63,955 bases of DNA, filler included, from Reticulomyxa filosa (GCA_000512085.1; 16 parts of 16 records of this genome joined end to end with filler, not necessarily neighbours in it), one strand, 5' to 3'. Numbered from the whole stretch's first letter, positions 11,782 to 25,393 are shown. Numbers and translations are program-made. The notes: generated by a model not told the origin, from the sequence alone.

Positions 11782-13933
11782 ATTTGAATTTATTTAATTT
11801 TTTTTTTGAAGATGAACTTGTTAACTGCTCCGTCGTTCAAGTTAAGGACGGACGACACAAGAAAGAAAAGAACATTAAAATTATCATGAAAACAAATAAA
11901 AAATTATTACTCAATAGTTTTAAAAAATTATCAAAATTTGCCAGCTCATTTTAGTATTATTTATTCTTTCTCCTTCATGAATGAGCATTCAAGAAATGTT
12001 TCAAATTCTCTTCTCTTTAAAACTATTTAGAATATTTTGTCTGATATTGTAATTTTAAATATGTACCAATTTAATTTTATTTTAAGCGTTATTACTATGC
12101 AGACAACATGACATGTACTTATTCTTTGATATGTTTAACATGATGTAGTGACTATCTTGCCAATTGTTTCAAATGAAAGCATATGAATATTGCAATCACT
12201 TCATTGATGTCTACAGCATGTATATCAGTATTATTCGATAGTTTGCACAAGAGTTTCTATTGCAAAACTATTTGTAGTAATAGTCAAACGATAATTAGGT
12301 ACAAGCAGTTTAGTATCGAAGGTTTATTCACTGGTGGTCTGTGCAAATTGAGATATCAATAGTTATGTAGTTTTTATTATATTGAATATACTCCAACATA
12401 CAACAATTTCTTTGTAATTAAAAAAATATTATACTAATTAAGTTTTGTAAAAAGTATTTAATTTTCCACAATTTTTGCTAAAAAATTCTTCTTTTTGATT
12501 TGATTTAGAAGCGGACATGATAATCAAGCTAGAGTCTTCCAAGATTTGAAGTTCATTTTGAAATCAAGCAATAAACAAACAAGTGTATGTTGCATTGCGA
12601 AATGTTAATGACATGAAAATTATATAATTACAATTAGTATGAAAATATAGTATATAATGTGATTATTGAATGTGCCGAAATAAAAGAATACAAGATGTTG
12701 AAATTAAATAAGACATATGAAAATATGAAAATACATGAAGATGTCAAAAATTAATAAACACAATCAAATTGTACATTTTTCGAAGACTTGCAAGATATCA
12801 CAAAGTATATTTAAAAAAAGATGAAACATTGGACGATACGAATATGTAATAGTAAAAAAATAGTCAAGCATTATTTTTGTTATTTAACTATTAACAAAAG
12901 ACAATTTACTTCAGACGAAATTGAACAAAAATCAATAACAAAAAATAAAAATTTATATTTGCTTAATACTATATTGCCGAACAAAAGAAAAACAAAAAAG
13001 AAATTGAAGATCCAGAAGTCAATTGATATTGCGTATACCTGTGTCAAGTATATTGTATTAATATTTGATTCGTCTTAAACTTGTAACGGTATGTACAAAC
13101 TTAGTTCTTTCAAGTTAAAAGAGCAAATAATATTAAAATAAACTTTTACAAAAAGTTTTATTTTAAACATATTTTAGTTTGAAGTAACTATATACTTCAA
13201 CATTTATCAAGTCCTGAAGTAATTTTAGTATTGCAATTTCGAACATACTGAAGAATAATCAAATAGTAAAGACTAAATTTGTGAATATAACAGAAAATTG
13301 CTTGAATTCATAAGAAAAATATGTTGAAAAGACCATAAAATAAATAATAATTAAGAGACACAACATAATAAATTATGTTTTAAATAATAACAAAATTTTT
13401 AAAAAATACTAAGCGTTATCTTTTGGGGGTTTCTATACACGTGGATTTAGGGATTAAGTAAATGTTCAGCGAACACTGATCAAAAAAGAAAAAAGAAATT
13501 CTTATGTTGCGATTATGCTAGTTTTATTCTTAGTTGTTGCTAAACTGGTCTTCGTCATTCACGTCAAACTATTCGACATATATATGGAAGTAGTTGTAGA
13601 ATATTTGATATAATTGTGAGTATATGTATCAATCAACTTATTTAGGCCTATTTTTTAAAACAAACTTACATTAAGCATGATTGTCTCTATGATTGTTTTT
13701 ATCATTATGTAATTTTAAGAAAGTAAAATTGAACGATTCAAAATTAGTCATAAAAACGCGACAAAAACAAGTATATCAAAGTAATTACATAGATGAAATA
13801 AGATCTTGTAGGAAGTGAAAAATACTTAAGATAGCAATAAAAATAACGAATCAAGTACATGAAAAAAAATACACTCGATTGACACAAAAACACGAAACAA
13901 AATTTGTGTTTTTGTGTCTAGAAATTGAACTTT

Positions 13934-14292
13934 TTATGCTTCAATGTAGATATGAGCAACTGTCGCATTAGCAAGAAAAATTCCTTTAAGATTGGGAAGC
14001 AGCGCTTCTATTGTCATCATTGCAAAAGCATATTTTGGGCCTTCCCTTTGAAAACGACAAAGCAGATGACATGTCAACACTGGTGTGAGCGTGTCCAAAA
14101 AACTATCACACGTACTGTGGGTTTGTAATTTACCTCTTTTTATTTCACTCATTTCTGTTACATATAAGTATTTGTGCCAATGAAGGAGGAAAATTACATG
14201 GAAGGGGAAAAAAAAAGATTTATTAAATCGACCTTTTTTTGCAAAGTGTTTTTGAGCGACCTGGTTGTGGCGTCACCATGAAGGAACACACC
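13934..14292 (-). CDS. Probable last exons of a gene truncated by the contig end; product unknown
   Basis: GC-richer coding-like blocks at 14241-14292 and 13934-14154 are separated by GT..AG. The phase could not be reconciled. Confidence 0.3.
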
Positions 14293-14423
14293 NNNNNNNN
14301 NNNNNNNNNNNNNNNNNNNNNNNNNNNNNNNNNNNNTTAATTAATTAANNNNNNNNNNNNNNNNNNNNNNNNNNNNNNNNNNNNNNNNNNNNAAAAAAAA
14401 AAAAAAAAAAAAAGCAAATGAAC

Positions 14424-15539
14424 TTGCTAAGGAAAGGGTGCTTACGAAGATGAGGCCAATCAATTCTTTTGCAAGGATTTTTTTCCAAAAGTCCTTGCAA
14501 AAAGTCCTGAAATTCAGACGAAATGTTTTTTTCCGGTGGAAAGTGAACGTCATTCCGCACGATCATTGGAATCAATTTGTAAATGCTATCCGTGTAAAAC
14601 GGAGGCTTGCCGACATAGAGTTCGTACAATATGACCCCTAGTGACCACAAATCCGCCTTTTTCCCGTCGTAAGGCTTCCCCTGCACCAACTCTGGAGCCA
14701 TATACAAAGGGGTACCTTTTATACTCGTCAACACTGTCGACTCTGAGGGAAGTGTTTTTGCAAACCCAAAGTCGCACAGTTTCACACAATTGTCCCCACA
14801 CAACAATATATTCTGCGGTTTTATGTCGCGGTGAATCACTGAATGTGAGTGCAAAAAGTACAGCGCATCCACTAATTGCTGCGCTATACATCGAACTTCA
14901 TCTTCTACTAATCCTTTTTTTCGATGCGATAGCACTTGGAATAATTCTCCCTTTTTATTTATTTATTTATTTGTTTTTATTTTTTTTTTTTTTTGTCTTC
15001 GCAGCAAAATTTGTTTTCGTTTCAACCAATCGTATTACACATTATATTCACAAAAGTGTTTTCTTTTTTTTTTTTTTTTGCTTCGTTTGGTCTTGATTGA
15101 TCTTGTTTTATAAACAAAAACTCCGATTTTGTTCTTGTTAATTGTTTTGCCCATTTTAACAGTCACACAACTTTATCTGCGTATTCAGTGACAACACATA
15201 TGTGCGAACCCAAATCAAACGTGTCGTAAAGCCGCACAATGTTTGGATGACTTAAAGACTTCAAAATATCCATCTCATGTTTCAAATTTTCCAAGTCATT
15301 TTCAGTTTTGTTAAGTTTTGAAATACCCTTTATTGCCACAATTTGTTTCAGCTGCCAATCAAATGCCTTTTGTTTATTATATTTTTGCTTAGTTTAGTTT
15401 GATTTCGTCGTCACACGTTCTTGTTTTGTGCTTCGCTTTTCCTCACCCCCTTTCTTTTTTCACAAAGTTGCACCTTGTATACAACTCCAAAAGACCCCTC
15501 TCCTATGCGTTTCAACCACGAATATCGATTCCATTCCAT
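14424..15539 (-). CDS. STK36: Fused/STK36/TIO-family Ser/Thr kinase, N-terminal part (exons 15539-15474, 15366-15172, 14950-~14424; 3' truncated)
   Basis: Spliced sequence reads MEWNRYSWLKRIGEGSFGVVYK|AFDWQLKQIVAIK...EYADK|GELFQVL, then HRDIKPQN, LCDFGFAK and VLTSIKGTPLYMAPELV. The last is the Fused-family activation-loop signature. Confidence 0.9.
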
Positions 15540-17146
15540 TGGATTAGCTATCGTTTTGAATTTTCAAACAATGTTGAGAATGAATTTGCACAACTGAAAA
15601 AGTTCAACGAACAAAGCATCTCAGCAACAGTCACCGATCTATGCAGTGCAAATCAACACTACCTTGTGTTTTTTTCAAATTCTTGTGTCATCGATTCATC
15701 AACTGTGTAGTACTTAGCAATTTTAGTCCATGGCCTAATTTTATGAATAAAATTCTAAAGAAAATAAATTGTACATTTTATATACAAATAGCTAAAAAGT
15801 AACTTAAAATTACTAAACTTTGCTTTTCTGTTGAAATCGAATAAAATAAGCAAAAGACAAAAACTTTAGCAAATAAAATATAACACTTGGAATATAAATA
15901 AATTGAATAAATTATTGATTTTTTAGCTTTTGTTTCTATTTCTCCATTTGGATCACAATACGTATACTCAACGTATTGCTATTTTTTAAATATATAATAA
16001 ATTTTCTTTTATTTTTATTTATGATAATAACAATTTAACGTTCTGTTTGCACTGTGACGAAACATAATATTGAATTTTACTTAGCATCGACTATATAATC
16101 AACAATATTTTGTTTTCGTAATTACAAATTCGTGACGTCTGCTTATTATTGATTTATTATCAATAAGTTACAATAATTCTTTCAACAGATGATTTATTGT
16201 TATATATATATTTACTGTTGAATAATTGAATAATAAATCAAATTAGCAAAATTTTATTTCAAAAATAATTTAGTTGAATTTGTTTGTAATTTTGTTTTTG
16301 TTTATAATAATATTAATTTTCAAAATAACTTTATGATACTAGATATTGAAGTATCTAAGCAAATCCAAGTGGTTTTAACTTAAATTTACAACTTTTTGCT
16401 AACTAAAGATAACGGATTATATCTAGAATTTTTTAAATAGATAAATAACCGTACGGACCCTTGCAACTGAAAGTCAAATAGACTCACTTTCTGTTTATTA
16501 CTGCCCTTTCCAAACAAAAAAATGAAATACGTATATAGTAATTAATATTTTATTATGTCAATCTATTCTTCATTTGAAACAAACTATTATTGTTAAAAAA
16601 TAACAATGATTTGAAATGAAAAACCTTCGTTTGTGATATTGGATTGACCACTGCTTTTAAGCAGAAAAGCTCTCTTGTAACTTAATACCTAAATTTCGAA
16701 TTGATAAATTGAAACTATAATCAAATTTTGCATAATGTAATCTAGAAAAGAAAACAGAAAAGACGAAGATATAAAGACAATCGATGTATTCGTTTGAGAG
16801 TCTTTGGGTACTTACCAGCCAAAGTTGGATGATATTTGAAGTAATAAGTCCCTTAAGATAGTTAATAAAGTTTTGATTGTGCAAAACAATTTGGCTTGCA
16901 CGAACATTATTGGACCAAACTAGTAAAGGACTGATGAAAATAACCAACAAAAGGAAACAGGAGATCCAAAAGTATTTGTCAAAAAAGGAAAAATCTAGCG
17001 CAGAGTTACACTCAAAAAAAAATTGACAAGCAAACCATGAAAGTGGAAAAAAAAGAAACATGAAACAAAACAAACAAAAAAAGGCAAAAACAATTTTTCC
17101 AGAAAGTTCTCGGATCATATTCGTGATTTTGATGATTTCCTCCATT

Positions 17147-18028
17147 TTATTTTTTTTGTGCCTGACCGTCAAGTGTGGCAATTTTGTCAGTTTTTTCGTT
17201 TGTGAGGCTTTGCTGATGGGTTTCTGCGTCTTTTTTGTTGCGTTTTGTTTTTTTGTGTTGATGATGCTGGTTATTATTGTCACTCGTGGTGGGATGTAAG
17301 CGGCGACGATAAACGTTGGCATTTGGATGTCGTGAATTTGAACGATGGACATGTTTTTTGGAGATATCGATACTAGAGAAGTATTGTCTGTAAACATAGA
17401 TTAACATGTCAATATATAACGGTTGTTCCAAAAAGCAAATATGAGCAGTACGACCAATCATTGAGTCTAAATTGATTTTGCGATTCACAAACGAAACATC
17501 AAATCGTGTTAGTTGGACGTGGTCTAACGGACGCAGCAGATTGCGAACCATATCATTATAAACACGACCTAATTTTTTTTTTTTTGTAAAAAAAACAAAA
17601 ACGATTACTGTTTCTAAGGAAACAAAAAAAAAAAACGACAACATAACCCCATTTTGTGTCTTGCACTGTTTTCCTATGCATTTCAATTCTCGTGGAATGA
17701 TATGGCGTATAGCGATCTTCGGGTGAACTTACCAACAAAACGTTTTTGAAGTACTCCAAACCCGGTTTCATGGACAGCTGATACACAAACGTTTTTCGTG
17801 GGTTGTCATGATCTGTCAAAGACAGCTGCGACAGCGCCAGCGACTTTTTCCAGCTCCTCATTACCCAAAATCCGGCCTGCAAAGCCCTTGACCGGCCAAA
17901 TAAATATCCACAGTGGCAAACAGCCAAAGAGATGAATGTGTGGCATTTCTTCACAAAAGGTTTCAATAAGTCGTTTGCCAATGCTTCGCGTGCAATCAAT
18001 CCACCCAATGAATGAGTTACAAAACTGT
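17147..18028 (-). CDS. FAM135-like protein, C-terminal DUF676 serine-esterase (alpha/beta hydrolase) domain; intron 17647-17569; 5' truncated
   Basis: SFVTHSLGG nucleophile elbow, WKKSLALSQL, GLEYFKNVLLVSSPEDRYTPYHSTRIEM and IGRTAHICFLE parallel the FAM135 C-terminus. Confidence 0.88.
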
Positions 18029-18201
18029 CTCGATTACAGCAACAAAGAGCACCAAAAAAAAAAAAAAAAAACGTTACGTAGTTTTTTCCCTCCCCCCCCC
18101 ANNNNNNNNNNNNNNNNNNNNNNNNNNNNNNNNNNNNNNNNNNNNTTAATTAATTAANNNNNNNNNNNNNNNNNNNNNNNNNNNNNNNNNNNNNNNNNNN
18201 N

Positions 18202-18680
18202 AAAATCAGCAATTTCAACCAGATTTGATTCAACATCATAAATCAGCGGCATTCCTGAATAATCATGGATTAAATCCTTTCTTTACATGGCAATGGAATA
18301 GATATTGGATTTGCGAAGGAATTGATATTCCAAGACATGTAATGCCATGATATTTCTTATCTGACCTGATGTAGGCTCAATCATTTGAAAAAATTGTATT
18401 ACATTCACTGACATTTAGCGAATGCAAGATCATTTGTCGATTGATTACTAGCAAAATTGGATTGAATGATTATTTGTACAACATCTGTGATGAAGAAGAT
18501 ACTGTCGAGCATTTCCTGATGGAATGTTTGCGGTACAGTGAATTACGTCGCAATTTGTGGGAAAATGTCCAAAAATTGCTTCCAGATATCAATGTATTGT
18601 CCCTACCAATGAACCAGATGTCAGTATCAAAGTTGTGAAAGCAGCGGCCAAGTTCGTAGTCGATACCAATCTCAATACCA
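18202..18680 (+). mobile_element. Degenerate LINE ORF2 3' end (C-terminal Zn-knuckle)
   Basis: LITSKIGLNDYLYNICDEEDTVEHFLMECLRYSELRRNLW matches the C-x-E-T-x-x-H-x-L-x-x-C motif at the end of non-LTR ORF2. Flanks contain stops. Confidence 0.7.
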
Positions 18681-21206
18681 GGAGTTTGCGACTCTGTCCT
18701 TCTCCACCTGTTGCATAATTAAAGAAAGACTTACAACCAAATCAATTAAAAGATACATATTGCAATTTTAACTCAACCTATCAACAGACAATAACGTAGA
18801 CACATTAGAATGTTATTTGAAATTAGAGAAAAATCAAAAAGAAACTGAAAAGTATTCTAGCTGCTGAGATCGCGTTGCGCACAGATATGAGGTGTCCCTC
18901 TCTCTTCATCGGCTGCAACGCCTAATTCTTTTTAGATATTTTGAAAATGAAAAGCTTTTAAAAACTTTCAATTTCAAATGCTAATTGCACAAAAATAAAA
19001 AAATGTTCATCCTTGGGGCCTAGTTTTTTTCTTACTTGTTGGCCTCGGGGAGCGCCTAGACCTTCTCCGATCTATTTTCATCTATCATGTTGAGACTTTC
19101 GACAGCATGTAGATTGCTCAGTGATCTATTTCCCTTTTTATCTCAATCTCCACTTGTCTGATCTTAATGACAGTATGTCTTATTTTTTTATCAATTGGGT
19201 CGTCGCAAAAATGAAATACAAAGCAGTCCAAATAAGATTACTGTAATTCCAGCCATTGCTTCACATGAAAGCAATCAAATAGCAAAGTTATATTGAGCAA
19301 ATGGAATTATTGTATCATAATTTGCTCAACTTCTACAATCTCGTGAAATAGAATATCTTTGGCCGAAGATGAAATAGCATCATATTCAAAGATTTCAACA
19401 TTCATGGCAAAAGCAACTAAAGAAAATAAACTTAAAAACTACAGTGAAACTTTTTATACCAAAGTTGTCAAGAAGCTGATAAAGTTCGTTATTGCAACTG
19501 GAAGGGACATTTCAGTTCAAATTCTGTTAATAATTTTATAAAAAGTTTGTGACTATTTTTTCGTGTCTATTGTTTTTTGTCATTGTTCATTTCTTCTGTG
19601 ATTTGTCGCTGTTGTCTTGCATCAAATTGATTTTATTCAATTTTTCTTCTTTGTGTTTGGATTCCTCTGGTGGAAGTTCTTTTGCAATATTCAATGATTA
19701 TCTTCAATCACTTATCTTGACCTCAACTTACGTCCTTCTTTGCTTTCACTCCTCATTGCATCATCTTCCATATCTCCAATTTGAATATTTAATCATTTTT
19801 GATCTAGTATTCCTTAGATTTATTGGGATCATAGAGTACATAAATATACTGCATGGCCAATCGTCACAAAAACAACACATTTGTTTGTAAATCTTGTTGG
19901 TGACATTTTCACATTCTGATCAAAAAAGTAATTCTGAGTTTCTATCGAAAATTCGTTCAAATAATTCAATATTCAAACATTTGAACAAGAATCACAATCT
20001 GATCAAAAATTACTTCACATGTAATCATTTGATAAGTGTAAAACACATCATTTTGAATGTTAGAAAATGCTTACAATTTGATTTAATAAATTCTTGATTT
20101 CATTTATCTAATGTATTATATTTTATTATCATTTGATTACACATTCATGAAACACAATGCGACGTCAAGTCTATTGCACATTGTCTATTATTCAATTAAT
20201 TAAAGAACAGATTATGTAAAATTGTATTTGCATTCATGTCATTCCAATCACTTTCAATATCTAAACCACGTGGTCTTCACCAATTGAATTGCAATGAGTG
20301 ATATTTGTAATCTGAATAGCAACGAATGTAAACAATTTAAATTTAGATTGAAACAAACATTGATAATTGGATGAAATCTATTGATACAGTTGTACCAGTT
20401 CTTTGACAAAACTATAGAATTTTGGACTAAATGTGTTGAAGCTGTAGAGACAATCGTTTGCATTAGAATAATATGGAGTGCAATATCAAAACGCAATAAA
20501 ATTATTCACATAATTCAAAGCACGAACACCAATAAAATATACATCATTCCGGCATTCGCATAGCCTCAACATCCTAAAGATGTTGATGAAAAGCACTATA
20601 AAATAATTGAAAATAAAGTCAAATTTAAAGTATAAATATCAAAACTACTATCAAGATAATTTTAGTATATTTGATATTCATCGACGTGATACTACAAAAG
20701 AATAAGTATCAAATTTTTGATTTACTTGTCTCCTTAAAAATGATGTAAATGACATAATTGATCAGTTGAGTTTTCTATGGATAAGTTTCGAGTGTAGCAG
20801 TAATTGCAAAAAAACTTTCATACATAAATCGTCATAAAAAAAATTTAATATTTAAAAACTAAAGATTTTCTTAAAAAATTATGCTTAAATATGTATTTTT
20901 TATAAGGGTGGCATTTGTTTATTTTTGTTTTATTTTTGGTTGTTATTTTGAAATTTGGCTTTTTGAAATAGTTTAATTGCAGACTAAAAAGATTATATAT
21001 TTATTTTGTATGAAGAAAGTCGATTCTCTTCATAGTACTGCTATGTATGCAGTTTTTTTCAATTTCTGTATATGCCCACTGCAACACTTAATCCAGATAT
21101 CTTTCCAAGATTTCGATATTTTTTAAATCTGTTTCACTAGTATCACTAAACTCCAATTTTTAATGACTAGCAGCTTTTTCATTGCAATCTTTTTTATTAA
21201 GCAGTA

Positions 21207-21445
21207 TGTGGGTTTTCCTGCTGCTGAAAGAGGTGCGCAAACTGTAATACGAAAGGTTTTCGCTCTTTTGAGCAATTTAAAACAAAAGATTAATGATTTA
21301 AATAAAAGAGAAAATAAACAACAAGATTCAACAAGTGAAAGAGAAAAGACAAGTCGTGAAAGTGAGTAGTGTGTCGCTAGAATAAAGGGTTCCAAAGTTC
21401 ACTTGTAGTGCGAGAATTACTTATTACGCCATTATGAGTACTACA
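21207..21445 (+). repeat. Dispersed ~240-bp repeat family A, copy 1
   Basis: Aligns along its length with the reverse complement of 27644-27874 on another contig, e.g. CTGAAAGAGGTGCGCAAA.TGTAATACGAAAGGTTTTCGCTCTTTTGAGCAATTTAAAACAAA. Confidence 0.9.
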
Positions 21446-21846
21446 ATATCTTAATTTTGGAGTAATTAACACGCTAAAATTGCAAAGTCTATAGCATTTC
21501 TCTTTTCAACAGCAGGGGAAATTCATCAATGCAAAAAACGTTTTTTTTTGAAGTTTTGACAAAAGTTAAAGATTGCTCAAGCACTAAAAGTTAAAAACCT
21601 ACTTGTTTTATTTTTTGCTAATATAATTTTAAAATTTCGAAAAAACGCAACTTTTCGTGTAAAACTGCAACAAAAAGTGATAGCGAACAATTCTCTAGTA
21701 CAGAAAATTAAAAACAAAAAAAATAACCAAACTTGTTTTATCTTAACTTGAAAACGACACAGATGTTGTCGACGACCTTCGTTTTTTTTTAGGCTCACTT
21801 CTAAAAAAAAATAACTACTTATTATCTACAACGATCTAAAACCGGC

Positions 21847-24094
21847 ATGAAAAAAGAACACACAGGCCAGAATAGTAGCTCTCTTTTTGAAACCTTGCCC
21901 ACTTTGCCTTTTTCTTTTCGAACCGCTCAAAGTGTGTCCCACAAAGACGAAATAATAATTTGTGGAGATAATAATGGATGTTATTCCTATCATACACTCA
22001 AAAATCAGTATAAATTGATATGTCCTTATCCAAAGGAAGTTAAACTAAATGGACATTGTGTAGTGAAAATTGTGCATAAGGACAATAAGAATGTAAACGA
22101 AGTTACATTATTATCATTTGGTGGACAAGGTAGCGATGAAAAAAAATATACATTAATAATGAAATATATAAGTGTTTGGAACAATAATGGCAAAATTACA
22201 AGCAAGGATTACAATAAGTGGATACCTTTCCGTGACAATAAAAATAATGAAATATCAATTGGTAAACATGACGATAATTATATGGGAGTACGTGCAATAA
22301 TTGGTGGTAAGAATAATAATCTATTATTTATTACATATTGGCCATGGTATATTGATGTATTTAATTTAAATACTTGTCAATATATAAAAAGTGATAATTT
22401 ACCAACAAATTGTTGTGCTATTCAATATCACGCTTTTGTAACAAAGACAAAAGGAGAAAAGGAAGATAACAATATTTGTGAAATGTTATTATTTTATAAA
22501 AATATTGGATTAAACATTACATACGATGAAAATTCTAATATATTTTGTTATCAAAATATCCGTGTTTGCACGTCACTTAGGGCAATTATACTATATTCAT
22601 ATGTGTATGCTAATGATTCTATTTTGTTTTTTGGTGGTAAAGACGATTCTGGTACTTTAAAAGAAATTTATAAATACTTTGTGATAAATAATAAATGGAT
22701 GAAATTTGAACATGCTTTACCTATTCCATTGAGTGGTGCTTGCGCGATATTAAATGAAAATAACACAAAAATATATATTTTTGGAGGAAAGAATCCATTC
22801 CAAACGAAAGTAAAGAAATGGATGAAAAAAGAAACAAAAAGAGAGAGACAATGGATTGACGATGAAAACGAAAGAAGAGAGCTTGAAGAAATTAATGTGG
22901 AATTACAAGTGATGAAAGAAGGTAGTGATATGAAAAAATTAAAAGTTATGTATAAATTTTCTTTGCTTATCTTGTTATGACAATACGAATATATTTTCAA
23001 AAAAAAAAAAAAAAAAGAGAATGAAAGAAATGGAAATAATAATTGGACATTGGGTTCGTTCTCTTTCCATTGACTTGGGATGGATACATGAATTCAACAT
23101 TGTCATTTCAAGATATCTAATGGTATGAATATTAACAATGTATTTACATAAATATATATATGTATATATGTATATATACATATGTATGTGTGTTTTTTTG
23201 TTTATATAGAGAAAATATTTTAAACAATTAAGAATTTTGCAAGGGCATTCAGATATTGTATCTGGTGTAAAATTTTCACATGATGGTACCAAAATTGTCT
23301 CAACTTCAGTTGATGGAACAGTTCGAATATGGGATGTCATGTCAAGGAAACAAATTGGGATATGGGGAAAACAGTCAAAATGGACAAATCATGCCAAATT
23401 TTCACCACATGATGATATGATAGTATTTATTGCAAATCCTAATTTGATAATATTATTAGATGTACAATCGTGTGCAGAAATAAACAAATTTGAAGGGCCA
23501 GATAATATGCTAGGTATACAATTTTTGCCAAATGGTAAAAATATTGTATTAAGTTCATGTGATACAACTATTAGAATATGGGATATAAAATCAGGACAAG
23601 AAATAAAAAAATTAGAAACGCATACCAGATTAGAAGGTCATTTTCAGATCTCATTTGATGGTCAACAACTTATATCTGCATTATATGATTATACCATTGG
23701 TATTTGGAATTTGCAATCTGGAGAAATGATACATAAATTAAAAGGACATTGCAGTTATATTAATAACATACAATTGTCTCCAGATTGCCGTTTTATTGTA
23801 TCATGTTCAGGAGATAAAACAATCAGAATATGGGATATAATATCAGGATTAGAAGTACAAAAATTTGACGAACAGTGTTATAAAATTGGAAATGTTCAAT
23901 TTTTTCCAGATGGAAATACTATTTTTTTTTCTTTAACAGATAAAAATATTCAATTATTTGATGTAAAATTAGGTATTGGAATACAGACAATAGAAAATTT
24001 AAAATATGTAGTGGCTGCTGATATTTCATCAAATGGAAATAATATTGTGTCATCTTCTTATGATCGAATTATTGAACTATGGGGATTATTATAA
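21847..24094 (+). CDS. Kelch-type propeller, coiled/linker motif and WD40 propeller protein (~695 aa; exons 21847-22944, 23018-23122, 23210-24094)
   Basis: Phase-0 GT..AG introns join three exons. Kelch-like LLSFGG, ILFFGG and IYIFGG; linker EIIIGHWVRSLSIDLGWIHEFNIVISRY; WD40 units GHSD..SGVKFS..G..IVS.S.D.TVRIWD. Confidence 0.88.
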
Positions 24095-24595
24095 AGATCA
24101 TTACAAACAGTCATCCATATAATATTTATTTGATATTTTTACTTTCTTTTTATGGTATTATCGCGTATTGAATCTGGAGAAAAATTTAGCGTAATTTAAA
24201 CAAAGAAGATAATTTTTAAATTTAAAAAAAGAAGAAAGGTTGTAATTTTGATTTTGTTCTGACCACTACAATAGTATGTATGTTACTTGAGTTGCTTTGA
24301 CAAAGTTCATAAATTTACTATGAAAAAGTTCTTTTACTCACAAAAACTGTGTTGTAATTACTAAAACAGATCTAAGATTTCTTTTTATCTATTTTTGAAA
24401 ATGTTTCTAAAAAGGAAATTGTAGACAATACCATCATTTTGTTTCAAGCACAATTTAAAACAAGTACATTTTAGGGTTAAAGACATATTTGTCTGTATGT
24501 TAATAAGCCGTTCAGGAGATAAGGAGAAGGGAGGGGAAAAAAAACAAAATTGAAGAATAAAATAAAAGAATTTCAGAGCGAGAAAAAAAAACTGC

Positions 24596-25231
24596 ATGCT
24601 CGGGCGTAAATTTCTTTTTGGTTGCTTTGTTGCAACGCTCTTGGTTTCTTTTCCTCAAGTCGCTGAGCCGTTCAGTTGGGGAGATGTGACAAATACGGCT
24701 CACGACGTGTGGGACGACGCGACAGGAGCAATCCAAGACGCGTTACCATCGAATGTGGTGACGTCCCTCCTCAACTCAAATATAGTGAGTTACTTGAGCC
24801 AGACTTTTGAAAACAGTGTAACAAGTATAATAACCTCAATTGCGACTGGCGTAACCGGTGGTGTGAAAGCAGTCGAAGCGTTCTTTCATGGTTCTGGATC
24901 ATACGGCCCCACAGTATCGAGTGCGCTTCAGATTGTACCCTATTTGGATGTCAAAGTGATCGACACCGCGTTGTCCACGTTCCAGAACGGGTCTTGGGAC
25001 AAATTGGAAAAAGGGGTCAAATATGTTTTGTACACATTCCCATCAGCTGTCCAATCCAAGCTGTCTACTGGAATTAATTACTTCAGTAACTTGTTGACTG
25101 CTGAGCTATTGCCCTTCCCATTGGACGTGCTCAAGTCTGGAGACATGGATGACATTAGCAGCTGTATGAAAGACGGCGTTTTGAGCGAATTTAAAGAATG
25201 GTCTGAAAAAAATTGGAACCTTATATCTTAA
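24596..25231 (+). CDS. Secreted hypothetical protein with signal peptide; may continue past the contig end
   Basis: MLGRKFLFGCFVATLLVSFPQVAEP signal-like N-terminus in a 211-aa, GC-richer ORF. An alternative frame near the end runs into a GT donor at ~25237. Confidence 0.65.
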   Translation: MLGRKFLFGCFVATLLVSFPQVAEPFSWGDVTNTAHDVWDDATGAIQDALPSNVVTSLLNSNIVSYLSQTFENSVTSIITSIATGVTGGVKAVEAFFHGSGSYGPTVSSALQIVPYLDVKVIDTALSTFQNGSWDKLEKGVKYVLYTFPSAVQSKLSTGINYFSNLLTAELLPFPLDVLKSGDMDDISSCMKDGVLSEFKEWSEKNWNLIS

Positions 25232-25393
25232 TTTAGGTATTTTTATTATCATTANNNNNNNNNNNNNNNNNNNNNNNNNNNNNNNNNNNNNNNNNNNNTT
25301 AATTAATTAANNNNNNNNNNNNNNNNNNNNNNNNNNNNNNNNNNNNNNNNNNNNAAAAAAAAAAAAATTGCACATTAAGTTTTCGAAAAAAAC

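Noticed and set aside
16657-17397. 246-aa hydrophobic ORF as a membrane protein
   Set aside because: It overlaps the FAM135 3' end in another frame and runs through T-rich 3' UTR; the Phe richness reflects poly-T.
21215-21285. Hammerhead ribozyme in repeat A (CTGAAAGA...CGAAA)
   Set aside because: The core is CUGAAAGA rather than CUGANGA, stem II is weak, and I could not build stems I and III with an NUH cleavage site.
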